From Amoebidium appalachense (lineage: Eukaryota; Protista; Ichthyosporea): 64,000 nt of DNA. A program made the position numbers and the translations under genes. The DNA lies in NCBI GenBank assembly GCA_963693365.1, contig CAVNZM010000005.1, positions 5,897,167 to 5,961,166 on the forward strand. Reading direction: 5' to 3'. Below the pieces are notes generated by a model. The model ran no database searches, had not been told where the DNA came from, and was given only the letters and a program-made list of their open reading frames with translations. This document shows, in pieces, positions 1-31,653 of the stretch. Every line of letters starts with the position of its first letter. Positions within the stretch are counted from its first letter, which is position 1.

Positions 1-24
1 GTGGGGGGGAGGCGAGGGGCATAC

Positions 25-721
25 CTGACCGCGGAAATGACCGGAAGGAAGGAGGCCAAAAGAATGATGGCCTGGAGTACGTCGTTAAGCTGAGACACAA
101 CCATGGCTGCGTGTGATTGGACACGAGTATCCAAATTACTAATCAATTAATTATCCATATTAAAGGTTTGATATTAAAATATTATCTATTTAAAATGGCT
201 AAATTTGGAAGGCTGGAATATTGTAATGAAATTGAACAACGGCGGTAGATCGCAAGGGAGGCGAGACAGGAGAGCAAAGGGTGATGGGCAGTTACATGCA
301 TAGATTGTGTATGGGTTCTTCGTTTACTGCGTGTGTGCGCACGCACGGGCGTGCCTGCGTGCGTGCATGCTCCTGCATGGGTTTGGAGGGGGAGGAGGTG
401 AGGGGGGGAGGGGGGCGGGGTCTGGGCGGCAAAATAGATACTCTCGAATCTATTGCCGGGCTGATAAACTGCATAAACGGGCCAACAGGGAAACGGTGAG
501 GCAGTAGGAGGGAAGGTATAATGTGACTGGGGGGGGGGGGGGGGGGGGGAGAGAAGGAGGGTTAGGAGACGGAGACGGGGGGATGGGGGGGGGGGGGGAT
601 AAAGATCTAGAAGTTACCAGTAAATAGTCGGTGTCTTGTTATCGAATGGGGGGGGGGGGGGGGGGGGAGCAGGAGGAGAACGACTACCAAAAGAGAGGCT
701 GTGTGTGTGTGTGTGTGTGTT

Positions 722-756
<35 letters not shown>

Positions 757-2134
757 CGGTAGGACGAGAGTGGGGAGGGGAGGAGGCAGAGGGGGGGGGG
801 GGGGGGGGGGGGGGGGGAAGGTCTAGAAGTTACCAGCAAAGAGTTCCAGGCAGAGGGTGGCAAGGAGAGCCGGGAGACGGCGCATAGCTACACGGGGGTA
901 GGAGGCGCGGTGGGCTCTAAGGGCATCAGTGGCCTCGACTTCTAGAATGCTCTGGAGAAGCTCTGCTCGATCCTCGGGGCTGTGATTGGTGAATGTTAGT
1001 TTAGGTTTTAACGGTGGATATCGATTGGTTTGAACTGTCCAGTACACCTATTTGAAATCTAACATTCCTTTTGGTGGATATGCAAGTGCGGTGCTACTTG
1101 AGCTGAGAAAATATGTGTGGTGTGTTCATGTCCCCAGGGAGGTACACCTGATTCTACCTTGAAAATCTTCCTTCATTGAATCATATTTTGTTCATTTAGC
1201 TCTTGTGAGTTTACCCTGTGCGGAATCCCCCCCTCCCTCCCTCCCCCCCCCCCCCCCCCCCAACCACCTTTTTTTTTTTCTTTGCTGCTGCCACCTCAAC
1301 CGCCAGTGTTTCTCTTGAAGGGACACAGCTGTGAAAACGTATGTGCACAGATAGGTGCCTTTTAGATTTACCCCGTGGTGTACACGTAGCGCGCATACAG
1401 AAGCGTACACGCATACACACACATCACACATGTGCAAATGCGCGCATGCACACATACGCACACACAGATACACGCGCGCGGGCGCACACACACACACACA
1501 GACAGACACACACACACATACACACATGTCACACCCACACACATACTCACACATATGCACACACGCAAAAAAACACACATGCGTGCACGCAAATACACAC
1601 CACACACCACACACCACACACACACACACACAAGTACACACAGACACAGACAGACACACACACGCACGCACACACCTGCACTGCTCAAACACCAGATGCA
1701 CGCCACGGATCATCTCTACCAGGTCATGCCTGCTGCCCTTCTCAGCCGATGGATTGTTCTCGAACACAGCCACGTGCTTCTGGTCCAAATCACGTGATTG
1801 TGCCGACGTTGATTCGTCGCCCAGGCCTGTTAAATAAAAGGCATAAAAAATGAACAATCAGTACATCGTATGTACCGAAGTCGAAGACACATACAGGGTC
1901 GATACAGGTGTCGATTTTTTTATTTTTTATTTGCCAGTTGACAGCTTTCATATCAAATCCCTTAAATTGCCTTCCCCCCTCCCTCCCCTCCCCCCCCCTC
2001 CCCCCCCCCCCCCCCCAAAAAAAAAAAAAAAAAAAACCATATAAAATCAGTAAACGGAAGAAAAGAGAAAATAAACGAAAAGCAAAGCCTTTGGGACGAA
2101 AGGCAATCTTTGCGCGGCACACATGGGCCGTCAT

Positions 2135-2167
<33 letters not shown>

Positions 2168-2969
2168 CTCCCCAGGGACCACCTATAGGAGGGGGAGCTT
2201 CAAAAACTTTAAGAAAACTTAAACGAAAGAAACTTTCGGCCTCCCATCAGCAATTGCTAGCACTGAAATTGCTGTCCCCTTGTCAGCGCCTCCTGGGCAT
2301 CCAACAAACAAGTACTTGCGTTGTAGAGCATCTTCGAACACCCCGTTTGACTCCTAACAAACGTTCACACTGGCATGCTGAATTACATACCGTGTCCGGA
2401 CTGAAACCCCCCCCCCCCTTCCCCCCCTCCCCCCTCCCCCCCCCCCTTTCTCCCCCTTCTCACCAGAAAAACGAAGCATTGTCAGTAAGTTAACAAAGAC
2501 AATTATCTGAACCTCTCCGCATATGCCTTTTCTCCCTTCCAACACTTTCTTCTGTCTCCTTCAGAAACCCTCTTTGTTCTCGAGCCTGTCAGAGCATCTC
2601 AGGAACCATGAGGGACGGTGTAGGTGAGGGTTGTATGTGATGTGGTGTTAGGGGGTATTTATGTGTGTGTTTGAAGCGCTTGGATACATGCGCGCGTGCG
2701 TGTGTGGTGATGGTGGTGGTGTATGCATGTGTGTGTGTGTGTGTGGGTGGGTGGGTGTGTGTGGGGGGGGGGGGGGGGGGGGGGGGGCATCCGGAGAGAA
2801 AGGGAGGGTAAGGGGGGGTGAGGGGGGGGGGGGGGGGGGGTAAAAATAAATCAACTCAAACATTACCCTGTGCATTTGAAGGTGCTGTGATGGCGGGGAC
2901 GGCCGGATTTGGAGGCCACGAAGCTTTAACGGTCTCCACCGAACCGTAGTTTGCTGTTGTGCCCAACAT
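25..2969 (-). CDS. MgtE-family (SLC41-related) Mg2+ transporter, 5' part; continues off the left edge
   Basis: Phase-consistent GT-AG exons 2969-2867, 1826-1676, 979-834, 106-25 give MLGTTANYGS...GLGDESTSAQ...EQCSPEDRAELLQSILEVE...RVAMRRLPALLATLCLELFAAMVVSQLNDVLQAIILLASFLPVISAVS. This matches MgtE TM1-TM2 (RRLPWL...F-P-x6-GN-G motif; GN expected in the next exon, outside the window). Confidence 0.75.
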
Positions 2970-3787
2970 TTTCGTTTGAAGTTCTTTCACCAGACAACTG
3001 GTCAACAGTGTGATGGCCAAGACAACTTGCGAAAACGCGGGGAAAAAAAAGAAAAAGAAAAAAAAGAAGGTGGGAAAAAAAAGGTAAATTTGCTAACGGA
3101 AATCACGCCGTATTCACATATCGATGACTTTGGTCAACAGCCGTTAGCAGTCCTTGAAACCTTTTCTTTTCTTTTCTTTTCTTTTCTTTTTTTTTCTATA
3201 CCCGTTCTTAGTTGTGGAAATAAAATGAGGAAAATTCAAACACACAACTGTATCAATTTCAAGCACAAAATTTCGCTCGTGGATGCCAGAAGTTCAGACA
3301 GACTTGTGGCACTGGTGTAGAGGGAAAAACGAGGAAGTTTGATCAGTTGAAGAAGAAAAAAAAACACGACGTTCATTACCGAATCGTGGCTGCAGACCTA
3401 TTCATTTATCCGGGTTCAAGTGGAGGAACCGAGTGTTCTTTCTTGGCCCCCATAGCTTTTTGTGCAGGTGTCATGGATGAAAGTGGTCAGCTTCAGAGTG
3501 TGTGCTGCAGTTTCATTTGAAGGCCCACCCTATCGTGTTTTGAATCTGACTCACGTTGTGTACGTGTTTGGCAAAGCGCCAACACACGCGTACGACGCAC
3601 ACGCACATGCCAACGTTTCAAAGATGAAACTGACTACGCTGTTTGATTTGTCGATGTTGCTGCAACATGTGCCGTCATCACGATCGTGTATTTTACATTT
3701 TTTGTAGTTTGGGTGGGTAAACAACGGCCCATGATGCGGCACGCTTATGCGAGCAAACGTGTTGGGTGTTAAAGATAGGTGCATTAA

Positions 3788-3876
3788 GGGCGTGTTTAGC
3801 AGCCGGAAAAAATCCTATTCGTGTCATTATGTGGTGTTTATTAATTTTTTTGTGAAGCGGGCTTACTAAACACGCC
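3788..3876. mobile_element. Tourist/PIF-Harbinger-like MITE (~89 bp)
   Basis: TAA|GGGCGTGTTTAG...CTAAACACGCC|TAA: 11-bp terminal inverted repeats plus TAA target duplication (3785-3787, 3877-3879). Confidence 0.6.
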
Positions 3877-3877
3877 T

Positions 3878-3934
3878 AAACAGTGAGTAAACACAGCCTC
3901 TTTGACACAAAGAGGCTGTGTTTACTCACTGTTT
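3878..3934. repeat. Perfect 27-bp inverted repeat with 3-nt loop
   Basis: AAACAGTGAGTAAACACAGCCTCTTTG-aca-CAAAGAGGCTGTGTTTACTCACTGTTT; the arms are exact reverse complements. Confidence 0.95.
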
Positions 3935-4219
3935 CAAATATCATCTTGAGAACGAACTCATTGGTAGCCGATCGACGAATAGTAAATTAGTATGGCTTAA
4001 GCGATTCGATTGGCTAAAAAATATATCGCGTCAGATAGGCTGGCCTGTCGAGGCCCGGTACAAGTGACTGTGACTCATCATGTCCAGGGTTAGACAATAC
4101 CCCAAAAATACCCTTAAAAATACCCCACTGCCAGAAAAAAATACCCCGCCTGGAAGAGGCTGGGGTACACTACCCTTCCTGCGTAGGGTACGTGGCCGGA
4201 TAGTGGAGTGTACATATAG

Positions 4220-4258
<39 letters not shown>

Positions 4259-5011
4259 AAGCACCAGCTGGGGTGGGAATTCGGTGATAGGCTATTGTTT
4301 TCATGCATGGGATAGTTCGCTCGGTTATCCAGCACTCAGCAGTCAAGTAAAATGAATTTTGGCCACCGTAATAGTAAAATTGGGGAACCTTTTGACATAA
4401 TCTTAAGGTTACAATGTCATGGCCTTACAACAGTCATGGTTATTTTCGTTGTTTTTTTTTGGCGCAAAACTCCCTCCCTTCAGTCAAAACACAGCCTTCA
4501 AGTCAGTTGTCAGGTGACTCAGAGCCGGTTTTTTTTTAAGTTCTCACGTGTCACGCTTTCACCCGTGTTGTTTTTGGGCCCTTTCGCTGTAGGTCACTCT
4601 CTCCACGGGCAAACATGCGCTTCCTAGGGTAGCCCCTGTGGCTGCCAGCACTCGGCAGCCTGACCATCGCTTTTCAGATGGGAAGGAGCAGTCGAAGCCT
4701 GGCCCTAAAACACTCAAGTTAAGCGATTTTCTTAAACACGCTTGCGGTGGTCAAGGCAAAGAAGGCCAAGCAGTCTGGTACGGTCACCACTGAAAAGTCT
4801 GTGGGCCAGGAATCGGGTGCTAATATTTCGGTTGCCAAGGAGGTGGCGGAGGTGGTGGAGGAAAATGCAGCCGTCTCTAACCCCCCGGCCCGGGGGAAGG
4901 GGGGGGGAGGGGGGGGGGGGGGACAACGAGAGGGATATTACGTTGGAACTGGAAAGAAAGCCCAGTTGCCTGTAGGCGGAGGAGACAGGCAGAGAGAGAG
5001 CTGGGAGGGTA

Positions 5012-5148
5012 GTGAGGGAGGGGTGGGGGTGGGGGGGAGAGGGGGAGGCTTCGGAGAGAAAGAGAGACCGGGAGTCTCAGAGCACCGTGAGAGAGGGGGA
5101 GAGAGAGAGACAAAGAGACTCTTGGGGAGAGAGGGAGAGAGAGAAAGT

Positions 5149-5229
<81 letters not shown>

Positions 5230-5420
5230 AGAGCGAGTGATTGAAAACTGCCTGAGAGAGAGACTCGGGCGGGGGGGGGGGGGGGGGGGGGGAGGGGGGG
5301 GGAGACGGTGAGAGAGAGAGACAGAGAGACAGAGAGAGGGAGAGGAGGAAGAACGTGAAGAGAGAGAGACCGTCCGGAAAGCCTGAGGGAAGAGGGGGCG
5401 AGAGAGAGAGAGAGAGAGAA

Positions 5421-5483
<63 letters not shown>

Positions 5484-5611
5484 AAGAAAGAGAGAGACTG
5501 GGGGGGGGGGGGGGGGGGAGAGATAGAGAGATAGAGAGAGAGAGCGAAAGAAAGAGAGAGACTGGGGGGGAGGGGGAGAGAGAGAGAGGCAGAGAGAGGG
5601 AGGGAGGGAGG

Positions 5612-5660
<49 letters not shown>

Positions 5661-5690
5661 GGAGAGAGAGAGAGAAGAGAGAGAGACTTC
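5012..5690. repeat. (GA)n / poly-G compound microsatellite block
   Basis: Long interrupted GA runs and G tracts seen directly. Confidence 0.9.
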
Positions 5691-7463
5691 AGATCTCTAG
5701 AAGGGGGTGCGCGGGCGCCCCAAGAGAGGAAGTGACCGTAAGGGAAATCCTCAGGAGAAAGACTTATCTAAGAAACGACCACCGTTGAAGCTAGAGACAC
5801 GGAGAGAACTTAGCACATAGAAATAGGTGCGAATGTGGTGACACTAAGCAAAGCTTTTCAGCGGGCGGCGCGCTGCGCGCGCCTCAGGCTATTCATTAAA
5901 GTTAGTCAGCAACACAATGTCTCTATCCTGAGATGAACAGGCGATTATAACACCTAAACGAAAGTTAGACTGGCTGTCTCGGGTTATAATGATGCGGGTA
6001 GGCGAGTGTGACATGCGTGCTCAGTGAAAACAAAATCCCTGAGTTTCAAAAGCACCTGTATCAAGTGTGTTTTGGCCACGGCCATCTAGAAACACCGATG
6101 GCCGTGGTTTTGGCTTCTCACACGAGGGGCTCCCCGCCAGAGGATATATTTACATATTAGCGGATAGGTATACAAAGGTTTATCTGATCTATCCAAAGTA
6201 CGTATATCCTGGAAATACCCCACCATTCGCGAGGCCAAAATGGATGACGTCACAAAACTTCGGAAAATACCCGACTTGAAACCCAAATGTCGAACCCTGA
6301 TCATGTCGTATGAAGTACATGAAAGTATATTTTGACAGCATCGATCTGCCGGTGTGTATGTGTATGTGTGCCAGTGCAGCAGGTGTGCCTTGTAACTGAT
6401 AGCTTCGCTTTTTACGTGTGTGTATATAGTAGTACACATAGACACTTGCTGATCATCCGGATCGACATTAATATTTAATCTGTCGGTCCTCGGTTTTTTG
6501 AGTGAATGATGATCAAGTGTAAGAGCATTCACTTGGCAAGTATTAATGTTGCAGAGGCTAGCTGCAGCTGCAAGCGTCGGATGCACACTGACAATTGTCT
6601 TTTCAGTGAGTCTAACCTGCAGGCTGCAGCTGCACACATATAGGGTTGTTATCTTGCGGCACATGCACGGGGATCGTTTCAGAGTAATAGAGTTCAGAGC
6701 AATGAAAATAACGAAAATAACTAAACTTTGTGACTACTTTAAAGTTGCTGAGATCATACGTGGTGCAAGCTGCACTATGAACACATGTACAGTGCTAGTA
6801 ATTAATACATTTTTGTTGCCTTCTGCAGGGTTACCGTAGCTACGTCACGGCCTGCACTCAGGGGGGGGGGGGGGGGGGGGGGGGAGGGGGGATGATTCGA
6901 AGGGGGTATAAATAAGAACATGCACCTAAAGGTCTTTCCCGTGGATCCTCCCCCCCCTCCCCCCCCCCCCTGAACACCCCCCCTCCCACCTCTCCCTCCC
7001 CCGGGGCCCCATACTATGATATCTAGGCCCAATATTATATGCCCCTTTCCCCCCCCCCCCCCCCCCCTCCCCCTCTCCGGATCCCCGGACCCCACTTCCC
7101 TACCCGGAGGCTCAAGAGCTCCCCCTTCCCCTTCCCCCCCCCCCCCCCCCAAAGGCTTACGGGGGCCCTTCTTCCTTGAGGGGGAGGGGGTGGGGGGTGG
7201 GGGGGGTGGGGGTGGGGGTGGGGGGAGGGGAAGTGGAAGGCAGGGGTGGATGCATGTCAGCCTAGGTGAATTAAATTGTTTAACTCCAGTGTACAGGGCT
7301 GGTCTGAATGCTTAAGAAAACAACGAGGAAATGGGGTCCAGTGGAGGTGGTGGTGGTGTTCTGTGTGTGTGTGTACACGTGCACGTATGTGTGTGGTTTT
7401 TTTGGGGGGTGAGTGGTGGTGGTGGTGGTGGTGGTGGTCACCGTGGTGGTGGTGTGTGTGTCT

Positions 7464-7501
<38 letters not shown>

Positions 7502-8469
7502 GGGGGGGGGGGGGGGGGGGGGGGGGGGGATAGAAAGAAAAACTGCTTGTGGGTCACTGTTTTTCGTCACTGTATTTGTAACGGGCCGCTCATATTTATA
7601 TAACTACTTTAAGTACACGTGTTCATTATCATATACGATGGCCAAATATTGAAATTTTGGCGTCGAAGTTCTTGGAGCTAAAAAAACGTTTAAAAGGGGG
7701 AAATAATAGCTTGGCCCCAAATTTACCTTGCCATTTTTAGCGAATGTATTTTTTATTCATGAGTTCTAGTAATTCAGTGAGTGCACGTGCCTGCCTCAGG
7801 CTGATCATGACAACTGCAACACACCATTCCTACATGGATATCAACCAAAAGAAAATAGTATATACTGTGGTGGTCTCCTAAACCTTGTTCGGCATGCGCA
7901 TACATGATATTACAGTGACGCATGTGCATATTATTGTTCTGTACACCGGAGTGTGGTGCACGTGGCTGTTTTGTGCACATGTTACAATAGCAGCACGATC
8001 TCCCTAAACTCCATGTTTACACATCCCTCACCCTGGCTCTGCCTTGTCGGTGCTCCAAAACACACACACAAATCCCCCTAGACTCAGTGCCTGCACATGG
8101 TCGCATTCACGTGCAGGTCACGTGACACATGCAATGCCATACTGCCGTCTACAGCAACAACCACGGCAGCATGTATACCGGCCCAGCACGAAATATACTT
8201 ATCGGCAGCCCACTGAACTCGCCCATTTTCTCTTTTTCATGTATGACCCTCCTTTTTTTTGTGAAATCACCCTTTTTGGCCTCCCGGTAGTGGATTTTGC
8301 ACGATTTGACTTCTTTGAGGTCCAAAAACCTCAAATTTTCCCCGGCGGGGCCGGGGAGGGAGAATTCAAAAATTGCCCGCTCGGGATATGGTACCCGGGC
8401 CTCCTTTGGGATGATCGCCAAAAAAAAAAAAAACTTGGGGAAAACCCCCGTGGCCGGGTGGGCAGCAGC

Positions 8470-8510
<41 letters not shown>

Positions 8511-9013
8511 CCGGAAGTCGCTGAACGTGTGCTGTACTTTTGGCGAAACCGGTACTATGTAGTGCGCAGAGTGGTCTGAGTTCGCTATGAGATGTGTCCG
8601 CGGCCGCCCGGGACCAGATTCTACGGAATAAACGCTAGCAGGCCCAGATCGACTCATGGCGTATATACGTCGCCAGCATTTTATTCAATATTTCAGCCGC
8701 TACAGCTGTCAAAACCCTATACATGCTTGATTAACGCAGAAAACAAAGACGCTCATTTTGGTATTAAGTTCTGCTACATAATAGATTTTAACGCAAACTT
8801 TCACTAAGTAGAACATTAGTGCACACCCCCTTTATAGCAACCGAAATTCGAAATGTTGGTCTGTCTACATGTATTAAAGGGGGCCCGGCGGGTGAGGGCC
8901 TGGCCGGGGACGGGAGGCTTCGGGCCTCCGGGGGAAATGGGGGGTGGGGTGGAGGGGGTGGGGGAGAGGGGGGGGGGGGGGGGGGGAGAGGAGATCTGAG
9001 GGGGGAGAACGGG

Positions 9014-9044
<31 letters not shown>

Positions 9045-9089
9045 AGGGGGGGTAGGGAGGAGAATGGAAGGGGGAGGGGAGGGGGGCAT

Positions 9090-9296
9090 GTCTGATGATC
9101 ATGAGGTGACTCCCTGCGGCCGGGCGCCAGCCCGAAAGTTTTTGAGGATTTTGCATGTTTCAAAAATCATTGATGATTGTCAAACTTTTTGAAATTTTGA
9201 CAACCACTGCGTTCGATCGAATTCGAAGTGGTGTGTGGAACGTGCTGTTTTATCACGAGCACATGTAGGGGCGCCGCGGGCTGCAACTTAGTAGAT

Positions 9297-9331
<35 letters not shown>

Positions 9332-9574
9332 TGATCATTCTGGTGATCATCATCTGAGGTGCCGCTTTTTGAATTCTGTACACGTCGGCCGGGCACCAGC
9401 TGCAGCCCGAAAAAAATTGAGGATTTTGCACGTTTTCACGCTCGAAATTGAAGATTTTTACGTTGGGACTTTTGAACACCGCTCAAAGTGGGTGGAGCGT
9501 GCTGTTTAACAGTATCACGAGCACATGTAGGGGCTGCAGCTGACCTAGTGGGGGGGCGGGGGGTGGGGGGGGGT

Positions 9575-9605
<31 letters not shown>

Positions 9606-9630
9606 GGTGATCATGAGGTGTCACCCTGCC
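9090..9630. repeat. Diverged ~250-bp tandem duplication separated by poly-G
   Basis: Shared blocks TGATCAT..GAGGTG, GGCCGGGC.CCAGC, TTGAGGATTTTGCA, CGTGCTGTTT and TATCACGAGCACATGTAGGGGC each occur at least twice. Confidence 0.7.
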
Positions 9631-9837
9631 CTCTGCCACCGTGTGTGTGTGGGTACATATGTGTTGGCAGGGCCACATTCTAGCCACGTGCACGCGTTAT
9701 GTGCGTACCTGTCTGGTTGCGTTGTCTGAGTGCCTATACTAATTATTTTACGCGTCCAGTGATATACACCATCGCGATCGGGTGCGCGTGTGCGTGCAGT
9801 GATGCATGTCACGGAGTCGTGCCACGCGTGGATGTGC

Positions 9838-12787
<2,950 letters not shown>

Positions 12788-12842
12788 TATCCCGTGTACA
12801 TGCACCTGTTTTATTAGTGTATACATGTGTGTGTGTGTGTGT

Positions 12843-12922
<80 letters not shown>

Positions 12923-12990
12923 GGCGGGTAGAGGGCCCCGGGAGAGAGGGGGGTGGGGGAGGGGCAGAGAGGGCGGCGGGAGAGACTCGA

Positions 12991-13021
<31 letters not shown>

Positions 13022-13190
13022 CTCCCGCACGCGCGCCGCCGCGGCTCACCAAGTGGTGACGTCTCAGCCAATGAAGTGTGATGTTCATAACGGCCAACAG
13101 ATCTCCTATTCCACAACTCACTTTAAACACAACAAAACCAATCAAAAAACTAAATTATATCGTATAATGTTTAGTATTATTTTTAGAGAC

Positions 13191-13654
13191 CTATAAGCGT
13201 ACAATATCACAGCAGTGATATGACCCCAAAGTCCAAGGAATGCCATGCCGAGCACGAGTGCACCACGCGGACATGCTGGAAGACTTTGCCACACACACAC
13301 ACACGCAGACACACTTAGTGCTTTGTGCACGAAGTGTTCCCATCTCCCATTTTCCCCTAGCGGGTTGGGTGTTACCAGAGACTCTGAAGCTATAAATAGC
13401 CTTTAGTGTTGTATGCATCGGTGACACCGCCTTGAGTGGAAAATGAGAATCACCTGGTTGGACATTCCCCCCCCCCCCCCCCCCCCCCCCTCCCGCCCCC
13501 TCCCCCCTCCCCCCCCTCCCCCCTCTCTCCTGCCGCTTTCGCCCTCACAGTTTCTCTCGCATAAACGGCGCTCGCACACGCGGTTGCCTGGGTCATATTT
13601 ACCGGCCACAACCGCCGCAGACAAGCAGGGGCAGCAGATAAGCGCAGCACACGC
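13191..13654 (-). pseudogene. Possible PLAC8/DUF614-like Cys-rich gene remnant
   Basis: Exon-like 13654-13549 (caacag|...|gtgag) reads ACAALICCPCLSAAVVAGKYD; downstream in-phase sequence ends in AWCTRARHGIPWTLGSYHCCDIVRL*. CCPC and R-x-R-x-GI are PLAC8-like motifs; no start exon found. Confidence 0.25.
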
Positions 13655-14125
13655 CTGTTGTGGGTTTCACACACTTCCATAATCGGATATTCTCCCTCCC
13701 CCTCACCCCCTCACCCTCTCCATCCTCATCCCCTTCGACCACCACCTTCTCACACAAACATCTCTGCCTTCGCACTACCTTTCTTAAGGCCATGCACGCT
13801 TGCACAAGCAAGTATATGAAGGTACAAGCACCCAAGCACTTGCACACACATATAAAGCTGTCCAAACATAAAGAGCTACACCAGCCTCACACTTGCTCCA
13901 CGGTCTCCCTGATTACACCACGGCATAATCTGGCATCCACTGCAAAAATAGTCTTGAAAATTCGAAGGCATTGTGTAAGGATATTGCATCGTTGCTCACC
14001 TCTGTAATTGTACCGCCAATCCCCATGCAAACCGAAGTAGATGCAACGGAAATGGGAAACGTACCCTATGCTTTGCTCGTGTCTCTCTCCGTTTTTCTTA
14101 CATCATCAAATGTTTTTTTTTTCAG

Positions 14126-29311
<15,186 letters not shown>

Positions 29312-29526
29312 AAAAATAACCTTATAAGGCTATTTGTAGACGTAGGTAGCCTTTTATGGCGAAAGGATCGGTTTATAATATAATTATTTGGGCTTGGCGG
29401 ACGAGAGTGGTTGGTTCTGCCGGCCTTGTTGTACTGTAGGCAAGTGTGTGCGTTGATATGGGGAAGAGGGCATTTGTGACACACTCTTTCAAAACATGCA
29501 CACGTACACATGCACTGATATGCGGT

Positions 29527-29567
<41 letters not shown>

Positions 29568-29937
29568 GTGCCAAGTTTATTCCGTGACCGCGCGCTGAAG
29601 GTGTTTCTCTCTCTGTTCTCCCTCTGATGTGTAAGTCGGTGTGTAAAGACACCCTAGCCATGCATAATCGGCCTCGTGATCCCGGACCTCTATGTTGAAT
29701 GTGAACCAATCAAACGTGCACACAGTGGCTCTATTTGGCAATGGACAGATGTCACTGATTGGATACTATGAATGTACGGTGTGTGCTGATTGGCCGGATG
29801 TGGTCCGGGCCATGGAGCCCAGTGGTTCACTGGTTGGGATTGCTGACCATTAGGATTTGATGATTGTTTGCCTATTATGGAAGGTGCTTTGGCCCAGGGG
29901 ACGACTGGCGCGATTGTGATTGAGTTACCATGTGGAG

Positions 29938-29978
<41 letters not shown>

Positions 29979-30708
29979 ACACCCACACACACACACACCC
30001 CTCCGCGTTGGGAACGTACATGCTTACGGGTTGTGTATACTCTGTGGGTCGTTTTTTTCCTTTCTTTTGCTGAACAAGCAAACGAACCGATGCCCGGCGT
30101 CGAGATGTTTTCTGCGATCATCAGGTGTTTCGCGTTGATCCCCCCTGCCCCTCGTGGACATGTGACCACAACACCACATATGGAGCCTAGCTATGCAAGG
30201 AACAATGCAACTGCAGGCACCGTGAACGCCGTATACTGTACGGCGACCGACCTCATCCAGTCCATATGCATCATGCCCATCATGACATTTCTTTGGAGGG
30301 GTGCCTGTATATATTCAAAAATGGTGCTTTCAGCAGAAATGCGTGGATTTGCATCCGTTTCTGTTCAACAGGTTCAAATTTTCCCTCTGCGCGGCCCACC
30401 TATCGGCGGGCCGCACCGAATTCAAGTATGATTCGTTACTGACATGTATACCGGCTCCCCCCCCCCCCCCAAACCCAAACCCAAACCCAAACCCAAAACC
30501 CACACACACACAAACACAAACACAAACACGTACACACACGCAGATACCCAAACACACACACACACAGACACACACACACACACGTACGCAAATACATGCG
30601 CACACGCACACACACACACACACACGCACAAATTTCCTGCCACTTTCCCCCCATTTCTTTTGATTGGTGGTGGTGGTGGTTGAGGTGGGGGTTTTTTTTT
30701 TGGGGGGT

Positions 30709-30743
<35 letters not shown>

Positions 30744-31032
30744 GAGGGGGGGGGGGGGCACCAAGAAACGGGGAAAAAGTGGTGGGCTTTCATATGAAAT
30801 GTTCGTCTGTGTGTGATGGTGGTGATGTGGGTGGGGCGGAGCCTCGGGAGGGATGGGGGGAAGGGTGGGTACCGGTGGGTGGGTCCCGGGGGAGGAGGGG
30901 GAGAAGGGGGCAAAATTTTCACTTCCCCGCCACCTGCCAGCTTTCTTGCTATCCCTTTCACCCCGTGTTCATCCTGGCAGCCAAGGCAAGGCAGAAGACT
31001 CTGATGGTTGATTCGACGTAACTATGCGATAC

Positions 31033-31073
<41 letters not shown>

Positions 31074-31152
31074 CCGCCTCTTCTCTCCCACCCTACTTCT
31101 ATCCTACTCAGAGGACACTGAGGGCCCTAAGGCAATTGTGTGTTTGTGTGGT

Positions 31153-31204
<52 letters not shown>

Positions 31205-31281
31205 GGGGGGATCCAGAAGCTTCGGGGGAAGTTGGTGACACAGGCTTGCGCAAAAGCTGTGTGGCAAGATGAGTGGGTGCC

Positions 31282-31331
<50 letters not shown>

Positions 31332-31612
31332 CTCCTTGTTCTTCTTCTTTTTTGGGAAGGGGGAGGGGAGGGGGAGGGGGAGGGGGAGGGGGAGGGGGGT
31401 GGGACTCCGAGGTTGAGTGTCGAAACCTAGGGATTTTGATAATGTCCAGCCTTTAAAAATTTTGTTTTTAGGAGAAGAAGGAGGGATCGGAGGGAGAGAG
31501 GGAGGGAGCGAGAAAGAGAGAGAAGAGGGAGGGAGGGAGAGAAGAGAGAGAGAGAGAGAGAGAGGGATAGGGAGAGAGGGAGAGAGAAAGAGGGGGGGGG
31601 GGGGGGGGGGGG

Positions 31613-31653
<41 letters not shown>

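Noticed and set aside
2513-2585. Extra MgtE exon candidate (AG...GT bounded)
   Set aside because: Its 73 nt break the frame; the flanking exons already join in phase.
3405-3445. GGTTCAAGT B-box-like motif (tRNA or SINE)
   Set aside because: No cloverleaf or A-box could be supported.
4678-5820. ORF VKAKKAKQSG... running into GA repeats
   Set aside because: No start context, a frameshift upstream and no recognisable domain.
30200-30280. Minus-strand GLDEVGR resembling the RNase HII motif
   Set aside because: No GP motif or other RNase H elements follow; likely chance.
30471-30501. (AAACCC)n as an interstitial telomere repeat
   Set aside because: Only ~5 units between poly-C and (AC)n; ordinary slippage suffices.
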